Positions 1-7,461 of a DNA stretch of 51,171 nucleotides are shown piece after piece. The position numbers were made by a program, and so were the translations under genes. Source of the stretch: a virus; IMG/VR virus record IMGVR_UViG_3300032157_000012, positions 1 to 51,171 of that record. The stretch is one strand, 5' to 3'. Under the pieces are notes generated by a model. The model was given only the letters and a program-made list of their open reading frames with translations, was not told where the DNA came from and searched no databases. Each line of letters starts with the position of its first letter. Position 1 is the stretch's first letter.

Positions 1-127
1 CCAGAAGGCCTTCTCGCCCTTGACTACTGCCGCCTTCTGTACGTGGTATGCGATGTTGAACATCTGACAGTACAGCTGGATTATGCCCAGGTACTGTCCT
101 GCGTCGTAGTTGATGTATGCTCGCTGT
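1..127. repeat. 127-bp exact duplicate of the window end (51045-51171): circular-assembly overlap or terminal redundancy
   Basis: Read base by base: 1-127 equals 51045-51171 (ccagaaggcc...gctcgctgt). Unique length is 51044 bp. Confidence 0.95.
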
Positions 128-309
128 TTGTCCTTGCGGAACTCGAAGTCCTCCACGACGAAGGTGTTCGTCGTATCGAACCAGCGATCGAGGTACTCCC
201 ACAGGACAAGGTGCGGCATCAGTGAAGAGGTAAGGTCGAGCGTTACTCCCTTACCTCTCCAGAAGAAGCCCGTATGTGGTCCTGGGTCGATTGCTACTAG
301 GTCACCCAC
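1..309 (-). CDS. RuvC-like Holliday-junction resolvase, 5-prime part; the ORF wraps the window junction and continues 51044->50904 (149 aa in total)
   Basis: Hand translation from GTG 309 (overlaps the TGA of the upstream ORF) gives VGDLVAIDPGPHTGFFW...VVEDFEF. It joins in frame to ORF 50904..51107, which contains SRHSRDALRHW. This is the IDPG / E / DA..H pattern of RuvC-fold resolvases. Confidence 0.65.
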   Translation of the reverse strand, partial: MGDLVAIDPGPHTGFFWRGKGVTLDLTSSLMPHLVLWEYLDRWFDTTNTFVVEDFEFRKDKQRAYINYDAGQYLGIIQLYCQMFNIAYHVQKAAVVKGEKAFW

Positions 310-742
310 TGTACAGCTCTCCGGTTAGAACGACGATGGACGGTCGTCTGCCGTTAGGTGAGTAGAGCGTAGTACTGTTCCCTGTGTAGAGGAAGTCGGC
401 ATCGTCCAAGGCGTACTCAAACTCTCGCGCGCCCTGTGCGTTGAAGTTGAAGTCCTTAAAACCCCACACGGCCTTGCTGATCTGTGCAGCAGTGTGCTTG
501 TGTGCGAACTTACATCCCTCGGCCAGGTGGGGATTGCTGTGCTGGCACAGGTACTCCCCAGACAAGTGGCTGGCAACCATCTTCGATGTATGAACGACCA
601 TTTTGCTAGTCGGAGTTACGATCACACGTGACCACTGGGGGTAGCCGTCCTGCATGTGACCTTCCAGGAGCCACTTGATGAGCTCCGTCGTTTTACCTTC
701 TCGTCTGTCCCTCACTAAGACCTGGATCTTCTCAGGTTGCAT
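302..742 (-). CDS. small P-loop NTPase-like protein
   Basis: Track ORF 302..850 trimmed to ATG 742, which has GGAGG 5 nt upstream. Walker-A-like DRREGKTT and acidic YALDDAD. Confidence 0.55.
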   Translation of the reverse strand: MQPEKIQVLVRDRREGKTTELIKWLLEGHMQDGYPQWSRVIVTPTSKMVVHTSKMVASHLSGEYLCQHSNPHLAEGCKFAHKHTAAQISKAVWGFKDFNFNAQGAREFEYALDDADFLYTGNSTTLYSPNGRRPSIVVLTGELYSG

Positions 743-757
743 CTGAACCTCCGGGGG

Positions 758-768
758 CGTGTGGAGTT
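758..768 (+). promoter_or_regulatory. isolated copy of the CGTGTGGAGTT arm motif, antisense to local genes, 15 nt upstream of ATG 742
   Basis: Exact 11-mer shared with 8 other sites. On the - strand it reads AACTCCACACG-N15-ATG. Confidence 0.5.
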
Positions 769-793
769 GTGTAAGGTGTTCTAGTAGATAGAC

Positions 794-864
794 GCGGGTT
801 AGACTGACTTCCCGAAAGCCCTTTAGTCCTCTAAAGATCTGACAAGTCATTCAGTCTAACCCGC
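794..864. repeat. 14-bp perfect inverted repeat (GCGGGTTAGACTGA / TCAGTCTAACCCGC) with a 43-nt loop, carrying GGTTAGAC-family motifs
   Basis: Arms are 794-807 and 851-864. Outer imperfect extension gatag/ctatc. Inner hairpin ctttag-agtcct-ctaaag (5 bp + G-U). A third GTCTAAC copy at 875-881 overlaps the stop of the upstream gene. Confidence 0.8.
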
Positions 865-876
865 TTGCTATCTGGT

Positions 877-1185
877 CTAACTTCGCGTCTGAGCTCTAGC
901 TGAAAGCTCGCTCTTGAGGTCTTTGATCATAGCTAGCCTGTCATCAACCTCCGCCTGCAGCTTGGCTATCTTGGCCTCGATGCTCTTGTAGCTCGAGAGC
1001 TCGACCAGTTCGACGTTCTCCTGTGACAAGTTTGTGCGGTCACCGTCGATGAACCTCGCCTTCTCACCTGACAGGAGCTTGCGTCCGAGCTTCTCCTCCA
1101 GGATGAGTGTGTGCGTCCCGATCCAGCCACGGTCTTCAGTCTTGGTCTGACTATAGCCGTTAGCATTGATGGTAACGTCACCCAC
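877..1185 (-). CDS. HNH-like (HNH_3-type layout, apparently degenerate) protein with a coiled-coil tail
   Basis: Track ORF 877..1353 trimmed to GTG 1185, just after the stop of the upstream ORF. INANGY...HTLILEEKLGRKL..GEKARFIDGDRTNLSQENVELV. The usual His pair reads RF. Confidence 0.4.
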   Translation of the reverse strand: MGDVTINANGYSQTKTEDRGWIGTHTLILEEKLGRKLLSGEKARFIDGDRTNLSQENVELVELSSYKSIEAKIAKLQAEVDDRLAMIKDLKSELSARAQTRS

Positions 1186-1201
1186 CTTGGAGGTCCTACC
1201 C

Positions 1202-1465
1202 CTAGGCACCGTAGTCTCTCGTGACGGGCTTCTTCGGATCGAGCTCGTCGGCCTTTGCTCGCAGGATACCTGCCATGACTGTCGGGCTGGTCGTCGTGAC
1301 GTTGTCAGTCTCGATCCAGTTCTCACGGTCACGTGGTGCAGGCTTCTTGTCACCTTGTGCGACTGGACCGTTCAACTCGTCATGGGTGGGATACTCTGTC
1401 CACGTCTGGTACTCCTCTACCCTGACGCGATACTTGGTGACACCCTTGTTACTGATCGATGGCAT
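1202..1465 (-). CDS. hypothetical protein
   Basis: Track ORF 1202..1480. ATG 1465 overlaps the polA stop (TAATG). No motif recognised. Confidence 0.5.
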   Translation of the reverse strand: MPSISNKGVTKYRVRVEEYQTWTEYPTHDELNGPVAQGDKKPAPRDRENWIETDNVTTTSPTVMAGILRAKADELDPKKPVTRDYGA

Positions 1466-3870
1466 TACAGATCCCCCCAACTGGGTCCGTAGCTTACGTC
1501 TACTTCGAATGGTACGTATGTTGTGATGCGTTTAGCTGCTTCGACCATCTCATAGCGAAGCAGTTCCGACACGTATTCCAACTGCGACTCGGCCGTCTCG
1601 ACCACAAGAGCATCGTGAATAGTAAGACGCACAAAGCCCTTACCGCGGAGCTGTGGACGAATCCGCATGAAGGCGTCGATACAAATGTCTGAAGCCGTCG
1701 ACTGAGGCAAGTACGACAAAGCCTCGTTGAAGACTTCCTTCTCGTTCTGGGGCGTGATGAGAGCAAACCGTCGACGGCGTCCGAAGGGACTGATGAGATC
1801 GTGCCCCTCAAGGACGCGGTGCTTGATCGACTCCTGCCATGCCACTGTCCTGGGGATCGTATCGAGGAAGGCCTCGTAGTCCCTGATCGCCTCAGCAAGT
1901 GGAATCTTGTACTCCTTGGAGATGGAGTACGCTTCTCGGCCGAATGCAATGCCGTAGAAGAACGCCTTGGTACGAACACGCTGTTCCTTGTTGTTGATGT
2001 CGAACAAGTTCTTGTACAGGCCCAGACCTAGCTGGTTGAAGAGGTCCTCGTCACTGGCGAAGATGTCTCGGAGGTAGTCGTCCTGAGCCAGCCACGCAAT
2101 GACTCGGCCCTCAGCCTGTTTGTAATCCGCTTGGACGAGAATGTTCCCAGGGCGTGAAGCAACGAACTGCCGGCGAATAGCCTTGTCCCGAACAATATTC
2201 TGAAGGTTCGGGTTACGTGAAGCCAATCGTCCCGACGTGGTACCGTGCAGGAGATAGTTGGTAAAGACACGTCCACCGTAGAGCCTTTGACGAATACCTT
2301 TGACGAACGTTCCGTAACGCTTCGCCTCGAAGCGATGAGCCAGAAGCCTGTCGACGAACACTCCAGCACCGCTATTCGGATCAAGCTTCTCGGCAAGCGC
2401 ACTGAGAATCTCCTTACTCGTTCCTGCAACGTTGATGCGCTGCGTAGCTAGGAACTCCTTGACCTGCTTAGGCGACCTGGGGTTGATGAACGGGACTTCT
2501 CCGTCAGTGGCTACCTTGACGATGTTGGAGATGGCGTCTTCCATCTCGTTCAGCTTCTTCAAGTACGCCAGGCTCAGCTCCGTGTTGTACTTGACATCGA
2601 CTGTGATTCCATTCAGCTCCAGGAACATGAGCTGGTTGGAGGCGGCGACTAGGAAGTCATGCCAATCACGGATCGACTTGATCGGAAGCTCCGGGTAAGG
2701 CCAACGCGACTCGTCAGCTGCGATTGGATCCTCTGCCATTTCAGCCACGAAGAGCTCGTAGAGGTCCCATGTGCAGGCGACGTCGAAGGCGTTGTACTTG
2801 TAGAGGATCTCTCTTGGAATGTTAGCGTAGTTGCCTCCCCGAGGTACGAACTGTTTGATCTCGTCGTCGTAAGCTGGTGCGCCCAGTCGTTCCACGGCCA
2901 GTACCTTGAGTCCATGCCCACCTGTACGCTCGTCAAGAGCGTAATGCGCGAGCATAGTATCGAACCACAGTTCCAGGCGTGGAATGGTAGGCCAAAGACC
3001 CGCCAGGTCAAACTTCCCGTTGTGCGCAATGATCTTTGAACGCCGCAGTAGCGATCCGAGCCGTCCACGAACCTGTGCATTCGCCATTGCTCGTTCACCG
3101 ATGACAAGTGCCTGTCCTCTCGTCCAGGCCAGACCCACACAGAGCATCTGGTACATGTTCGGATGATCGTAGGCGGTATCCTTCTCGATGCCGACCTCGA
3201 TGTCAACGACCATCTCGTAGCGATCGTTGGTACGTTGCCACGCCAAGAGGTAGTCGAGAGCCTTGACGGCGAGAAGCGGCTCATCGTAGTACTGCCAGAA
3301 CGGTTCACACCACTCGTCAATCTGTAGACGATTGACCTTCTCGATGTCCGTTACCAGTGTAGGGAACGCGTCTGAATTGCGAAGTGTATAAGCTGGGTGC
3401 CAGGTCGGAACAACTCGCGTAACACTGCTTCCGTCAAGCGCTCGAGTTGGTCGCTTGGGGGGCCCGACTCGTAGCGTGGTAATGGTTCGCGGATCGTCAA
3501 CGAGAGCGTTAGTGGCAGTTCCACCCAGAGCAACGACAGTTCCCACGTTGCTGGTTGTGAGTTCGTCAATGAGACGCTCGCGACACGCAGCTTGTGCTGT
3601 CGCAGGTGGCGTAGCATTATCCGGCGGACGGCAAAGGCAAACATTCGTGAAGAGAACGTCCTTGCGATCAAAACCATTGTACTCCAATACGCGGTCGAAG
3701 AGCCTGCCTGACGGACCCACGAAGGGTTCCTTGTATACAGTTTCCTGAAAGCCTGGCGCTTCACCTACCACCGCGATGCGAGGGCTGATCGGGATGAGAC
3801 TAGGAGCCATGCCCTCATCCTTAAGAGGACATTCCTCACACTTGGCAAGTGGGTGTTTACGTGCAGACAT
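1465..3870 (-). CDS. polA: family-4 UDG-like domain fused to family A DNA polymerase with 3-5 exonuclease
   Basis: N-terminus: CEECPL, GEAPGFQE..PFVGPSGRLF, NVCLCRPP, WHPAYTLRN. Exonuclease: VVDIEVG. Polymerase motifs: DYKQAEGRV, RTKAFFYGIAFG, IHDALVVE. AGGAGGA lies before the ATG. Confidence 0.9.
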   Translation of the reverse strand: MSARKHPLAKCEECPLKDEGMAPSLIPISPRIAVVGEAPGFQETVYKEPFVGPSGRLFDRVLEYNGFDRKDVLFTNVCLCRPPDNATPPATAQAACRERLIDELTTSNVGTVVALGGTATNALVDDPRTITTLRVGPPKRPTRALDGSSVTRVVPTWHPAYTLRNSDAFPTLVTDIEKVNRLQIDEWCEPFWQYYDEPLLAVKALDYLLAWQRTNDRYEMVVDIEVGIEKDTAYDHPNMYQMLCVGLAWTRGQALVIGERAMANAQVRGRLGSLLRRSKIIAHNGKFDLAGLWPTIPRLELWFDTMLAHYALDERTGGHGLKVLAVERLGAPAYDDEIKQFVPRGGNYANIPREILYKYNAFDVACTWDLYELFVAEMAEDPIAADESRWPYPELPIKSIRDWHDFLVAASNQLMFLELNGITVDVKYNTELSLAYLKKLNEMEDAISNIVKVATDGEVPFINPRSPKQVKEFLATQRINVAGTSKEILSALAEKLDPNSGAGVFVDRLLAHRFEAKRYGTFVKGIRQRLYGGRVFTNYLLHGTTSGRLASRNPNLQNIVRDKAIRRQFVASRPGNILVQADYKQAEGRVIAWLAQDDYLRDIFASDEDLFNQLGLGLYKNLFDINNKEQRVRTKAFFYGIAFGREAYSISKEYKIPLAEAIRDYEAFLDTIPRTVAWQESIKHRVLEGHDLISPFGRRRRFALITPQNEKEVFNEALSYLPQSTASDICIDAFMRIRPQLRGKGFVRLTIHDALVVETAESQLEYVSELLRYEMVEAAKRITTYVPFEVDVSYGPSWGDL

Positions 3871-3915
3871 TCGTCCTCCTTAGTGGTGGCCGCTTACGTC
3901 CGGCCAGTCGTGTTG

Positions 3916-4686
3916 CTACGCCTCGAGGCCGTTGGCCCACATCGTGTACGTGTTGATATTCTTCTGCAGCAGCTCAGTATCCAGCGTACGCGTGGAGGTG
4001 AAGTAGGCGTTCGGGCGATCGATGTGTGCACGCTCAGGCTCAGGTACGCCAAGGTCCTCGCCGGCGATCGTGTAGTTGAACGGTGCACTGCTGTCGACAC
4101 CGCGAGCCCAGGGGAAGTCGCGTCCGAGAACGTGTACCTCACCGATCCAGCTCGAGTTGGTGCCGAGGAAGTGAACGTCGAACCGACCGATGCCGAACGT
4201 ACCCTCGATGAAGGTTGCGAGACGGCATCGTGCGGAAGGATCGGCCAGCGTGTTGATCAGGTGACGAGGAATGCCGAGCGTGCCGGCGACGCCGGACTTC
4301 TCCACCTTGCGGATGAAGTCGTAGCACTCCTCTATGGTCTCACCCTGAACCACAGCCATGAGCTGCAGGTGGCTGAAGTCGTCGTCGGACTCGTTCAGGT
4401 CGTAGATGAACTCGTCGATGGCCGTGAGCGTGCCCTCGCTGTTGCAGATCACGTCGGGCATGACGATCTCGTTGGCCTTAAGTGCCAGTGCAGCGTCGAG
4501 GAGATCCAGGTTCGAGACCTGCTCACCTTCCGCAGCGCCGTTGTCCAGGATGATGAAGTCCGCACCGAGCATCTTGTACGTGCTCAGGTAGCTCTCGCGC
4601 TTGAGCTCCTGTGCCAGGACGAGGTGGTAGTCCGACTGTCCTGCTGTGGTCTCGTAGCCCTTGGGTGGGATGAGTGCTGCCTTCAT
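3916..4686 (-). CDS. dpdA: DpdA-like (tRNA-guanine transglycosylase-fold) DNA 7-deazaguanine transglycosylase
   Basis: Track ORF trimmed to ATG 4686 (ATGA overlap with the upstream stop). FIILDNGAAEGE, VMPDV, GIPRHL, HFLGT, ARGVDSSAPF. Sits next to the preQ0 biosynthesis genes. Confidence 0.8.
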   Translation of the reverse strand: MKAALIPPKGYETTAGQSDYHLVLAQELKRESYLSTYKMLGADFIILDNGAAEGEQVSNLDLLDAALALKANEIVMPDVICNSEGTLTAIDEFIYDLNESDDDFSHLQLMAVVQGETIEECYDFIRKVEKSGVAGTLGIPRHLINTLADPSARCRLATFIEGTFGIGRFDVHFLGTNSSWIGEVHVLGRDFPWARGVDSSAPFNYTIAGEDLGVPEPERAHIDRPNAYFTSTRTLDTELLQKNINTYTMWANGLEA

Positions 4687-4991
4687 TGCTGCGGCATTCC
4701 CTTCAGGTTCATGATCGACTCCTTGCCGATCATCTCCTTGCCTGTCAGAGGCGCAGCCGTCTGCCCCTCTGTCTGAATCCGTGCCAGACCCTCCTGAGCC
4801 AGGCACAGCTTGATGTAGGTCATGCGTGCGTAGTTGCTAGCGTCGATGACCTCGTCCTTAAGGTGCTCCATCGTGTCGACGCCTAGCCACGTACCAGTTC
4901 CGTACTTCTCCTCACCGAGCTGGTGCTTCTCGAAGCACTTCCGATCGAACTCCTCGGACAGTTCGTTGATGCGCCGTTCGAAGTCGTTCAC
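4683..4991 (-). CDS. all-alpha NTP pyrophosphohydrolase-like protein (resembles the phage dATP/dGTP diphosphohydrolase family)
   Basis: Trimmed to GTG 4991 (GTGA overlap; GAGGGAG 8 nt upstream). EEKYGTGTW...HLKDEVIDASNYARM. Confidence 0.5.
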   Translation of the reverse strand: MNDFERRINELSEEFDRKCFEKHQLGEEKYGTGTWLGVDTMEHLKDEVIDASNYARMTYIKLCLAQEGLARIQTEGQTAAPLTGKEMIGKESIMNLKGMPQQ

Positions 4992-5398
4992 TTGAAGTGC
5001 TCCCTCTCGAATGCTTCCCGTGCGTTCTGGTCGGGGGTGATGCACTTGAGCCCGAAGCGCGACTCGTTGTACTGCCGCTTGGCGCTCCAGATAGCATTCC
5101 AGTCGACGTGCTGGAATGTTTCGTGACCCATCAGGTTGCAGAGGTAGATCAGTACGTCGATCACCTCCTCCGGCAACTCCTCCATCATAGCGGTGGAGGA
5201 GAGACTGCCACGAACGTTCTTCTTGACGAGGTTCGCAACCTCACCGACCTCACCAGCCAGACACAGCACCAGGTTCGGTAGCGACTGGGCCTTGCCAGGG
5301 AACCACCTACCGCTGTCGTCGACGCACTGGGCGATCATCTCCTGCAGAATCATGGCGTCGTCAGTGTTAGTCACCCTACGAGTATCCTCCCACCTCAT
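4988..5398 (-). CDS. MazG-like nucleotide pyrophosphohydrolase
   Basis: Trimmed to ATG 5398 (ATGA overlap with the folE stop). LAGEVGEVANLVKK...EELPEEVIDVLIYLCNL. Confidence 0.7.
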   Translation of the reverse strand: MRWEDTRRVTNTDDAMILQEMIAQCVDDSGRWFPGKAQSLPNLVLCLAGEVGEVANLVKKNVRGSLSSTAMMEELPEEVIDVLIYLCNLMGHETFQHVDWNAIWSAKRQYNESRFGLKCITPDQNAREAFEREHFK

Positions 5399-6000
5399 TT
5401 GATTCCCATCAGGAACTCGGCCTTGGCGGTGCGTTCGTGATCCGCGAACACTCCATGGGTTTCCACAGTACGAGTGATCGTGCCCGGTGTCTGGACACCA
5501 CGAATAGTCATGCACAGGTGCTCCGCCTCCATGACGACGATCACGCCGCGAGGGTTGAGACTCTCGTCCAGGAAGCCTGCCACCTCAGCGGTGAGCTCTT
5601 CCTGAACCTGCAGCTTACGAGCGAAGTGGTGAACCACTCGGGCGAACTTGGAGAGCCCTGCCACCTCCTTGTCAGGGACGTAGCCGATCCAGGCGTGACC
5701 GACGAACGGGACGACGTGGTGATTACAGACGCTGGCGAAGGGAATACGGTTCACCACCACCATCTGGTCGACCTCACTCTTGAAGGTCTTCCACTTCATG
5801 CACTCACCGAGGCAGTCCTTACAGCCAGTGAGCTCGTCCAACATCGAGACGAACCTCTTCGGTGTGTCTTTGCCGTGAACGTTCGTCACGTCGAGACCTG
5901 CATGGATCTGCAGGAGCGACTCAGCGTAGTCGAACGTGTCAGCGATGTCACTGGCCTGCACGGACGGAACACCACTGCCGATCCGAGAAGTATCGAACAC
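5395..6000 (-). CDS. folE: GTP cyclohydrolase I
   Basis: CNHHVVPFVGHAWIGYVP, LSKFARVVHHFARKLQVQEELT, HLCMTIRGV. GTG start at 6000. Confidence 0.9.
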   Translation of the reverse strand: MFDTSRIGSGVPSVQASDIADTFDYAESLLQIHAGLDVTNVHGKDTPKRFVSMLDELTGCKDCLGECMKWKTFKSEVDQMVVVNRIPFASVCNHHVVPFVGHAWIGYVPDKEVAGLSKFARVVHHFARKLQVQEELTAEVAGFLDESLNPRGVIVVMEAEHLCMTIRGVQTPGTITRTVETHGVFADHERTAKAEFLMGIK

Positions 6001-6003
6001 GTA

Positions 6004-6714
6004 TCAGACTCCAATCTTGTCAGGGTGCCAGACGTACTTGTGGACTTGCACGTTGAGACGCCAGGGAAGGTTGTCCTCCATCATCCACTGGCAGAGAGTC
6101 TCCGTAGGTGTAGTGTCCCACACGACACCAGCGTAGACCAGAGGTGCTTCTGGACGGTCCTTGAGGTGCTCGTGGTAGCGTCGCCTGGCCTCTTCGTAGT
6201 CGCCGCGATCCTTAATGGTGAACTTGATCGCATCATGACTCTCGAGGTAGTCCATGTTGTTGCCGAGCGTAGGCGTAGGATCGTACTCCTCACCGCTACC
6301 AGGAAGCTTCCAGTCCAAGATGAAGGTATCGATCATGTAAGGCAGATCGTCACCCCACGAGAGTGCACCGTTGGTGAAACACTCCACCTCGATAGTACGA
6401 TCGTCACCTTCACCAAGCTGCTTCAGCTTCGTGATGAACTGCTTCAGGTCCTCCTTGTACTGTAGGAAGACTTCACCTCCGGTGAGGCAGACGTTATCGA
6501 TGCCGAACGAGATAACCTCGGCAGCAAGTGCTGCAGGGTCCCAGAACTTCTGGAGCTCGCGATACTTCGACGGCTGGATGGCGTGCTGCGTATCACACGG
6601 CCACCCAGCGCACTTGAAGTTGCAGCCCGCAAAACGGACGAAGACAGTGGGCCGAGTGGTGTTCGGTCCCTCTCCCTGGTAGCTCGCATAGATCTCTACC
6701 ACCCTCAAGCTCAC
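6004..6714 (-). CDS. queE: 7-carboxy-7-deazaguanine synthase (radical SAM)
   Basis: Trimmed to GTG 6714 (GTGA overlap with the queD stop). EIYASYQGEGPNTTRPTVFVRFAGCNFKCAGWPCDT. Confidence 0.85.
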   Translation of the reverse strand: MSLRVVEIYASYQGEGPNTTRPTVFVRFAGCNFKCAGWPCDTQHAIQPSKYRELQKFWDPAALAAEVISFGIDNVCLTGGEVFLQYKEDLKQFITKLKQLGEGDDRTIEVECFTNGALSWGDDLPYMIDTFILDWKLPGSGEEYDPTPTLGNNMDYLESHDAIKFTIKDRGDYEEARRRYHEHLKDRPEAPLVYAGVVWDTTPTETLCQWMMEDNLPWRLNVQVHKYVWHPDKIGV

Positions 6715-7193
6715 AGCTGCACCTTCGTAGTAGTACCGATCCAGTCGACACGAACCTCCGCACCGTTCGTACGCGTCTCGTCGATTGAGCAGACGACGTC
6801 TGTTCTGAACTGGCGAGCAGCCCACTCACCGATCCACCTGGCAAGGTTCTCGACCGTGGGCTCGCCCGGAACGGTTGTGAGACCGGGTAGCTTAGTCTTC
6901 CACTCAGTACCGGAAGGATCAGCGAAGGTGAGCTCGCCAGCGAAGTCGTCGTCAGCGTTCAGTACGAGATGGTGGTCGTAGTTGCTGTCAACGTAGCTAC
7001 GGAAGGTACGCTTCGCCGAGCCGAACTCGACAGTGTCACCGTAGCGAGTACGAGCCATGCCGTTGTGACCCTCTTCGAGGCCTGGGAAGGAAATGGTGAC
7101 CTGCATCCCGTGGCCGTGGATCTGCTTGCACTTCGTCGTATCCCTAGAGAGTCGGTGTGCGACCTCCATGTTGTGGGTGATCTTAAGCAGCAT
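6711..7193 (-). CDS. queD: 6-carboxy-5,6,7,8-tetrahydropterin synthase
   Basis: Trimmed to ATG 7193 (GAGGAGAG upstream). KITHNMEVAHRL...CKQIHGHGMQVTISF...NYDHHLVLNADD. Confidence 0.85.
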   Translation of the reverse strand: MLLKITHNMEVAHRLSRDTTKCKQIHGHGMQVTISFPGLEEGHNGMARTRYGDTVEFGSAKRTFRSYVDSNYDHHLVLNADDDFAGELTFADPSGTEWKTKLPGLTTVPGEPTVENLARWIGEWAARQFRTDVVCSIDETRTNGAEVRVDWIGTTTKVQL

Positions 7194-7362
7194 TGTCACT
7201 CTCCTCGTCAAGGATGTAGGCCTCGAGGACCTTGGCATCTTGGATGACAGACTCGGCGCTGGCATCCATTGCATTGCCTTCGCCCACGATCGTCTGCACG
7301 AGAAGCAAACGCAGATCAGGGCGACTGAAGACAGTCGTAGCGTCAGAGAGAGTATTGCCCAC
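7183..7362 (-). CDS. candidate 59-aa acidic protein (below the ORF-track size cutoff)
   Basis: Hand translation from GTG 7362 (GAGGG 4 nt upstream): VGNTLSDATTVFSRPDLRLLLVQTIVGEGNAMDASAESVIQDAKVLEAYILDEESDNAA. The stop overlaps the queD start. Confidence 0.35.
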   Translation of the reverse strand: MGNTLSDATTVFSRPDLRLLLVQTIVGEGNAMDASAESVIQDAKVLEAYILDEESDNAA

Positions 7363-7374
7363 GGAACCCTCGCT

Positions 7375-7446
7375 CGTGTGGAGTTTGGAAAGGATGTCAG
7401 TACGATGTTAAACAAGGGTGTGGAGCTGCCGCCACAACTCCACACG
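7375..7446 (-). promoter_or_regulatory. full tripartite element: CGTGTGGAGTT-N20-TTGTTTAACAT-N18-AAACTCCACACG (read on the - strand)
   Basis: Arms at 7436-7446 and 7375-7386; core at 7405-7415. Same architecture as 15052-15125 and 22288-22360. Confidence 0.7.
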
Positions 7447-7461
7447 CCTTGCAGCTTCGAA

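Noticed and set aside
3853-4776. 307-aa + strand ORF (similarly 5437..6465 and 11156..12268)
   Set aside because: These run antisense to dpdA, folE/queE and the AAA ATPase/DUF669 genes, all of which carry clear motifs on the - strand.
1465-5398. 2-aminoadenine (Z-genome) system, suggested by PolA plus a MazG-like gene
   Set aside because: No PurZ-like adenylosuccinate-synthetase homologue or DatZ-type HD dATPase is visible. The neighbouring genes are instead the preQ0 pathway and dpdA.
6711-7445. Long N-terminal extension of queD, including a TTG start inside the TTGTTTAAC core
   Set aside because: The extension is low-complexity (C/S/L/R-rich). ATG 7193 has a strong GAGGAGAG SD and yields a normal-length QueD. 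An alternative frame encodes a more protein-like 59-aa ORF.
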